From Tepidisphaera sp. (GTDB lineage Bacteria; Planctomycetota; Phycisphaerae; Phycisphaerales; UBA1924): a stretch of DNA of 64,000 nt. The notes beneath the pieces were generated by a model. That model was not told the origin of the DNA. It did not search any database and saw nothing but the letters and a program-made list of their open reading frames with translations. Shown one piece after another: positions 58,876 through 64,000 of this stretch. The stretch's first letter is position 1. The number at the start of each line of letters is the position of its first letter. The DNA lies in the NCBI GenBank assembly GCA_050916045.1, contig CP051526.1, forward strand, positions 2,656,001-2,720,000. The letters run 5' to 3'. The translations under genes were made by a program, and so were the position numbers.

Positions 58876-61568
58876 CGTTCGCGAGGTTCATCCTGATCGC
58901 CGCGCTCTCGGGGTCCGCGTGCGGCTTCGAACCAGAGCCGCTCTCCGGCCCGGCCGCGGATGACCGCACGATCGCGTTCCTCGCGGACCACGGCTTGGAT
59001 GATGTGCTCGCCGCGATGCACCGCCGCAAGCTCGCCGAAGGAACCGTCGAGGAGAAGCGTGACGCCGCGGAAGCGCTGGGCAAGATCTACGCCAAGCAGC
59101 TCGCCGGCGAGAACGACCCGGAGAAACGCAAAGCACTCGAGACACGCTGCAAAGAACTCCTCCACCTCATGCCCGATGTCGACGGGTTTGAGCTCCGCGT
59201 TTCGCTCGCGAAAACCACCTACCTCAAAGCTGAAGAGATCGCCGAGCGCGACCGCCTCCGACTCGCCACCGACGAAGAGAAAGCCGAAGCCCTGCGGATC
59301 TTCGAGCAGGTCGGCCCCGCGTTCAAGGACGTCGCCAGCCGAGTCCACCGCAAACACGAAGCCGTCGACCGTCAGGCCGATCAGGCTCCCGAGGACAAAG
59401 CCGAAGCTCTGCGCGAACAGCTCGCCGACCTCCGGCGTCTCCGATCCCTCTCCCGGTACTACGCGGGCTGGACCGATCTGTACATCGCGTCGATGACCGG
59501 ACGCTCCCAGTCCGCGCAGTCGGCCCTCGAGAATTTCGGCTGGCTCCTCAACGCCCAGGAGAACAGAGCGCCGAACCTGGAGCGGCTCCCGACGTCCATG
59601 CTCCGGTACGAACACGTCGCGCGAGCGGCGATGGGCGCGGCGATGGCTCTGGCGGCCAAGGGCTCGCCGGAAGAGGCCGTCCGCTGGCTCGACGCGATTC
59701 AGTACGCCGATGGCGTGCCGCCCGCCGTCCTCGAACAGGTCGGTATCCGCAAGCTCGGCATCATGGCCGCCAGCGGGCAGTGGGTGCAGGTCGAAGCTCT
59801 GCTTCGCGCGATGCAAGCCAAGAGCGCCGACCAGCGCAACTTCCTCGCTCCCGCTTCGGCCCGGCTGATCGTCGTGCAGGCGATGGAGTATCTGGCGACG
59901 CATCAAGGCACGGACTTCGCGACACGGTCGGCGCGCGCCGCGGCTTCGATCGGCATGGCCGAGCTGGTCGCACGCGGCGACCTCGCGCAGGTCCTGGACC
60001 TCGCCAAGCGATTCGGCGTCTCGATCCTCGGCGACTCGGGGTTCATCCCCGCGTATGTCAGGGCCGTCCAGGGCTATGAGCAGGTCCGCGATCAGCACAA
60101 AGCCGCCGGAGGCTCCGACGAACCGGCTCAGGACGCTGCCGTCCTTCGCGGCTACCTCCAAAGCGCCGAAGCGTTCGCCAAGGCTTCCGCCGAGTCGGAC
60201 GCGACCACCTTTGGCCCCGCCCGGGCCCGCGCTGTGCTTCTCGAAGGGCTTTGCCGGTTCTACGCGTCGGAATTCAGCGTCGCGGCGGACAGATTCGAAG
60301 CGGTCTCCAAAGCGGATGCTCCCGACGACCTGCGGCGCGATGCGCTCTGGTACGCCGTGCTCTCGCTCGAACGCGCGGTCGACAAGGGCAAGAAGGACCT
60401 GACCGAGCGTCGCGACAACGCTTCGATCCTCTACATCACGACCTACCCGTCGTCGGAGAACGCTTCCCGCTTGCTCATCCGGCGTTCGGGCACGGGCCTG
60501 ATCACCGAAGAGCGTGCCGTCGACATCTTGCTCTCGGTGCCGGAGAAGTCGCCGACGCACGGCCTGGCCAAACGCCAAGCGGCCAAGCTTCTGTACCAGG
60601 TCTATCGACGTGCCACAGGCCGGGCCCGCGACGCGGCCGCATTGCGATTCGCAAGCGTCGCCGAGCAGGTGCTCGCGGCCGAAGCCGCTCGCTCCCTCGA
60701 AGACGTCAGCACGCCCGCCGCTAAGGACGCCGCCGCCACCGCCGTCCTCTACGCCCGCCAGATCGCCGACGCGATGCTCTCGATGACCGCGCCCGACGCG
60801 ACGCGCGCGGAGAACGCCCTGGCCACGCTCGAGAAGGTCGCTCTGCTTCACACGATCGACCTCAAGCCGTTCGAAGGGGAGCTCGGGTACCGCAAGCTTC
60901 AGACCGCGCTCGCACGCGGAGACGACGCCGGAGCGGCACAGTGGATCGAGAAGCTCGGCGGCGAGTCCGGCGAGTATCCCAAAGCCGCCCGCCGCCTGAT
61001 GTATCGCCGAAGCCTCGAAAGCTGGCGCGCGTCCGGCCGCTCCGCCACCGCCCGACAGGTCGTCGAGCACGGACAGCGCGTCATCGAGCTGATGGAACGT
61101 GACGGCACCAAGCTGCCCGACGCCACGCTCGCCGGGGTCTACGACGTGGTCGCCGAAGCCGCTGCTTCCGTCTCCGAATCGGAGAAGGACACGGCGATGC
61201 GGAGCCTGGCCCTCACGATGGACAAGACGCTCTTTGCCGCCAAAGTGCGCACGGAACCGTCGCTCCGCCGCTACGCACGCACCAGCGAAGCCGCCGGCGA
61301 CACGCTCACCGCCCTCGCGACGTGGCGAGAGCTCTCGTCCGCACTGGACCCCGGGTCCGTCTCGTGGTGCGAAGCCCGATACGAAGCCCTCCGTCTGACG
61401 TCCGCAACCGACGAAGCGGGCGCCCGCGAAGCCCTCAAGCAGCACCAGGCCCTCTACCCGTCGTGGGGCCCCGAGCCTTGGGGCAGCAAACTGGCCGAAC
61501 TTGCGAGCACGCTCGGCGTCGATGCCAAGCCCGAGGCTCCCGCCGCCCCGGCCGGAGGTGCGCGATGA
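58872..61568 (+). CDS. Large exported TPR-like helical protein (about 900 aa)
   Basis: GTGA overlap; signal-like N-terminus; Ala/Leu-rich helical repeats; W.EARY..YP..G..PW C-terminal motif. Confidence 0.75.
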   Translation: MTFARFILIAALSGSACGFEPEPLSGPAADDRTIAFLADHGLDDVLAAMHRRKLAEGTVEEKRDAAEALGKIYAKQLAGENDPEKRKALETRCKELLHLMPDVDGFELRVSLAKTTYLKAEEIAERDRLRLATDEEKAEALRIFEQVGPAFKDVASRVHRKHEAVDRQADQAPEDKAEALREQLADLRRLRSLSRYYAGWTDLYIASMTGRSQSAQSALENFGWLLNAQENRAPNLERLPTSMLRYEHVARAAMGAAMALAAKGSPEEAVRWLDAIQYADGVPPAVLEQVGIRKLGIMAASGQWVQVEALLRAMQAKSADQRNFLAPASARLIVVQAMEYLATHQGTDFATRSARAAASIGMAELVARGDLAQVLDLAKRFGVSILGDSGFIPAYVRAVQGYEQVRDQHKAAGGSDEPAQDAAVLRGYLQSAEAFAKASAESDATTFGPARARAVLLEGLCRFYASEFSVAADRFEAVSKADAPDDLRRDALWYAVLSLERAVDKGKKDLTERRDNASILYITTYPSSENASRLLIRRSGTGLITEERAVDILLSVPEKSPTHGLAKRQAAKLLYQVYRRATGRARDAAALRFASVAEQVLAAEAARSLEDVSTPAAKDAAATAVLYARQIADAMLSMTAPDATRAENALATLEKVALLHTIDLKPFEGELGYRKLQTALARGDDAGAAQWIEKLGGESGEYPKAARRLMYRRSLESWRASGRSATARQVVEHGQRVIELMERDGTKLPDATLAGVYDVVAEAAASVSESEKDTAMRSLALTMDKTLFAAKVRTEPSLRRYARTSEAAGDTLTALATWRELSSALDPGSVSWCEARYEALRLTSATDEAGAREALKQHQALYPSWGPEPWGSKLAELASTLGVDAKPEAPAAPAGGAR

Positions 61569-64000
61569 CCGTCCGCGAGGAGTCTCGCTCGGTTCAGCGG
61601 TTCCTGGGCGCGGACCGCGCATCGGGAAGCCCGTTTGACCTGCTGGGCGTGCCTCCGGATGACGTCACGCCGCAGGGGGTGATCGCGGCTTTGGAATCGC
61701 GGCTTGCCGAGGTCGATGGACACCCGGAATGTCGCACGCCGGCGGCGGATGAGGTGCGGCTTGCGCTTCACGCGACGGCGGCGCAGCTGCTGGACCCGGT
61801 CGTGCGCGCGACACTGGCCGAGACGTGGGCGCACGCATCGGTCGGTGCGTGGAAGTCGCAGCCGGCGCTGCCCCCTTCGATGCGAGCTGCGACGCCGGGG
61901 CGGATCGCTCTCGAAGGCGACGCGGTGCTTGCGATAGCGATGGAGGGCGGCTGGAACGCCCGGAGCCTGCAGCGGCTGATGATGTTCGCGCACGCCCGAG
62001 GGATGGACGCGGCGGATGTGGCGGCGGCGGTGCGCCACTTGTCGCGGCCATCGTCTGTTTCCATATCGCACGCGCCGGCGGCGGCTCGCCCGGCGGCCCA
62101 GACCCCGCGCGGCCCCGGATTCGCGCGGACCGCGGGGCCCGTCGCAGGTGACCCACCCCCACCACTCTCGCGGCCGAGAGCCTTCGAGCTCACGCCGGAA
62201 GAGATCCGGCAGCAGTCGGCGGCCCGGCTCAAGATCGCGGCCGGGGTGATCGGATGTGGCACGTTCCTCGTCTTCGCGGCGGCGCTCGGCGTGCTCGCCG
62301 CCCTCAAGACGCAGCCGGACGAGCCCGGAAGCACGCAGCCCCCGATCGCCGACGCACAGCCGTCGCCGAACGAGAACCCGGGTGCCGCCAAGCCCGCTGA
62401 GCCCAAGCGTCCGAGCGACGTCTCAAAAGATTTGACGGCGGCGGACGCGGTCGCGAGGCAGCTTGCGGCGGCCGCGGACCGTCTGCGCGAGGACATCAAC
62501 GACGCCGGGACGCAGTTCGAATCAGCGGTGCGGCACGCTTCGACCAGTTGGCCGAGATGGAAGACGGACGAACTCGCGCTGGTGCAGGACGCGGTGATCG
62601 AGTACCTCTACCGCGCGCAGCAGGAGACGGTGGCGCTCCGTCAAGCGGCTCGCGTGCTGACGGCGCCCGTCGGTGCCGTGACGGCGGGAGCGGTTGCGCC
62701 CGAGGCGGTCGTGCCGTCGCTCTGGTCTGCGGGAATGCTCTCGCGGGTGCTTCGTGAACGGGACCTTCCCGCGGCCGTGGGCGGGCCGGCTCGCCTGTCG
62801 CTTGCTTCCATTCTCGGTTCCGGTGCGGATCTGGGCGATGGGACCTTCGGAGCGGGCGTGTCGCGTGCGGTTTCGGCGCTGGCGCCCAAGCTCGCCGCGG
62901 ATCCGAATCCGGAGACGTGGCGGCAGTGGCTTCTGGGCGTGGATCTCTCTTCGACGGACGCCGCGTCGCGCGGACGTCTCATCGCCGCATCGATCGACGC
63001 GATACTCCTCATCCATCCGGACCCGCTCAAGTCGGCGAAGGTGATGGACTCGATCTCGACCCTGACGACGGCGCTCACCTGGCGTGCGGACGAACAGACG
63101 CGGCCGTGGGTCTTCCGGTGGTTCGATGCTTCGGACGTCTCGACTCCGGCTCTGCATGCGTTCACCGCGTCGCTCGCGGCCAAGAGCGGCGCCGAGGGGA
63201 TCGACCCCAGCATGGTGCTTTCCGCCGTCGCGAGCGCAGGCGAACGTTCCGACCTTCGCGGCCGGTACGCCGCGGCGTGGAGCGACTCGCCGGGCGGCGC
63301 GAGATCCGAAGCCGTGACCGCGTGGCTCAAAGCGGTCGGCGAGGTCACTTCGGAAGTCAAAACGCCGTCCGATGCCACGGGGGACCTGCGTCCGCACGTC
63401 GCGGCGCTCGTCCGTGCCGTCACGATGTCGCGGCTTTCAGAAGCCGCGGCGTGGCTTGCCGTGGGCGACACATCCAAAGCCGGCGCGGTCATCGCGGACC
63501 CGTCCGGCCCCGCGCGTGCCGGAGCTTCGGCGGCGCGGGTCACAACCGATCCGCTCGGGGGCGACAACGACGGAGCCTGGGCCGTTCGGTACCTCTCGCT
63601 GGGCTCCGACGGGCCCAAGCGCCTGGAGATGCTCAAGCAGGCCCTCTCGGCGGACGCATTGACGGCGCTGGAGTGCGAGGTGGTCGCGGCCGAGGGCGTG
63701 CGCGGCTTGCCCGCCACGGTCCGGCGCGAAGCAAGGACGGTCGTCCTGCGGCACAAGGCGCTCCCGGCGATGGTGAACGCGCTGCTCGGGCTCGCCCCGC
63801 TGCTCCCGCCCACTCCGGAGAGCTCATCGCTGATCGAGGAAGTGACCGGAGCGAAGCTGCCGCCGCTCCGTGATGCACGCTGGCGCGAAGCGGTCCGCCG
63901 CTCGCTCGTCGAGCGGCTGCTTGAACTCGCGGCCGGAAGGGGCGAGTACGGCGTGGTGGACACGCTCGCGATGCTGCTCGGCACCTCGTACCGCGAGCGG
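61565..64000 (+). CDS. Large membrane protein with N-terminal J-domain-like region, 3' end outside window
   Basis: Not in ORF track; ATGA overlap; MTVREE..SPFDLLGV..HPE..QLLDPVVR; TM near 62235-62305; frame read as open at both ends, not checked codon by codon. Confidence 0.7.
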   Translation, partial: MTVREESRSVQRFLGADRASGSPFDLLGVPPDDVTPQGVIAALESRLAEVDGHPECRTPAADEVRLALHATAAQLLDPVVRATLAETWAHASVGAWKSQPALPPSMRAATPGRIALEGDAVLAIAMEGGWNARSLQRLMMFAHARGMDAADVAAAVRHLSRPSSVSISHAPAAARPAAQTPRGPGFARTAGPVAGDPPPPLSRPRAFELTPEEIRQQSAARLKIAAGVIGCGTFLVFAAALGVLAALKTQPDEPGSTQPPIADAQPSPNENPGAAKPAEPKRPSDVSKDLTAADAVARQLAAAADRLREDINDAGTQFESAVRHASTSWPRWKTDELALVQDAVIEYLYRAQQETVALRQAARVLTAPVGAVTAGAVAPEAVVPSLWSAGMLSRVLRERDLPAAVGGPARLSLASILGSGADLGDGTFGAGVSRAVSALAPKLAADPNPETWRQWLLGVDLSSTDAASRGRLIAASIDAILLIHPDPLKSAKVMDSISTLTTALTWRADEQTRPWVFRWFDASDVSTPALHAFTASLAAKSGAEGIDPSMVLSAVASAGERSDLRGRYAAAWSDSPGGARSEAVTAWLKAVGEVTSEVKTPSDATGDLRPHVAALVRAVTMSRLSEAAAWLAVGDTSKAGAVIADPSGPARAGASAARVTTDPLGGDNDGAWAVRYLSLGSDGPKRLEMLKQALSADALTALECEVVAAEGVRGLPATVRREARTVVLRHKALPAMVNALLGLAPLLPPTPESSSLIEEVTGAKLPPLRDARWREAVRRSLVERLLELAAGRGEYGVVDTLAMLLGTSYRER

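Overview
High-GC (roughly 65-70% by eye) bacterial chromosomal segment, most likely a Planctomycetota / Phycisphaerales-type genome. That inference rests on proteins with C-terminal 'GC' dockerin-like tails, a PEP-CTERM-like protein, DUF1570 and DUF1080 proteins and planctomycete-style valS insertions. It holds about 55 CDS: housekeeping genes (valS, rpsA, ftsW-murG, pyrH-frr, sppA), signalling genes (NarL regulator, STAS/RsbW pair, Fur, GGDEF, FHA-GAF histidine kinase), an ArsR-controlled redox/detox operon, a Zn/Mn ABC transporter, many secreted proteins and a translationally coupled vWA-ExbB-ExbD-ExbD-TPR-J-like operon running off the right edge. I saw no rRNA, tRNA, CRISPR array, transposase or integrase. 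The most unusual features are: (i) a 1.6 kb nested palindromic-repeat cassette at 51.6-53.2 kb in which one foreign-looking gene sits between 242-bp direct repeats, all inside 37-bp inverted REP-like ends; (ii) a REP-like inverted pair inserted in frame in valS; (iii) the TonB-less ExbB/ExbD operon; (iv) apbE overlapping head-to-head with an FGE-fold gene carrying a flavinylation-like motif; (v) recurrent leaderless-type promoters. All family assignments come from motif recognition by eye, not from database searches.
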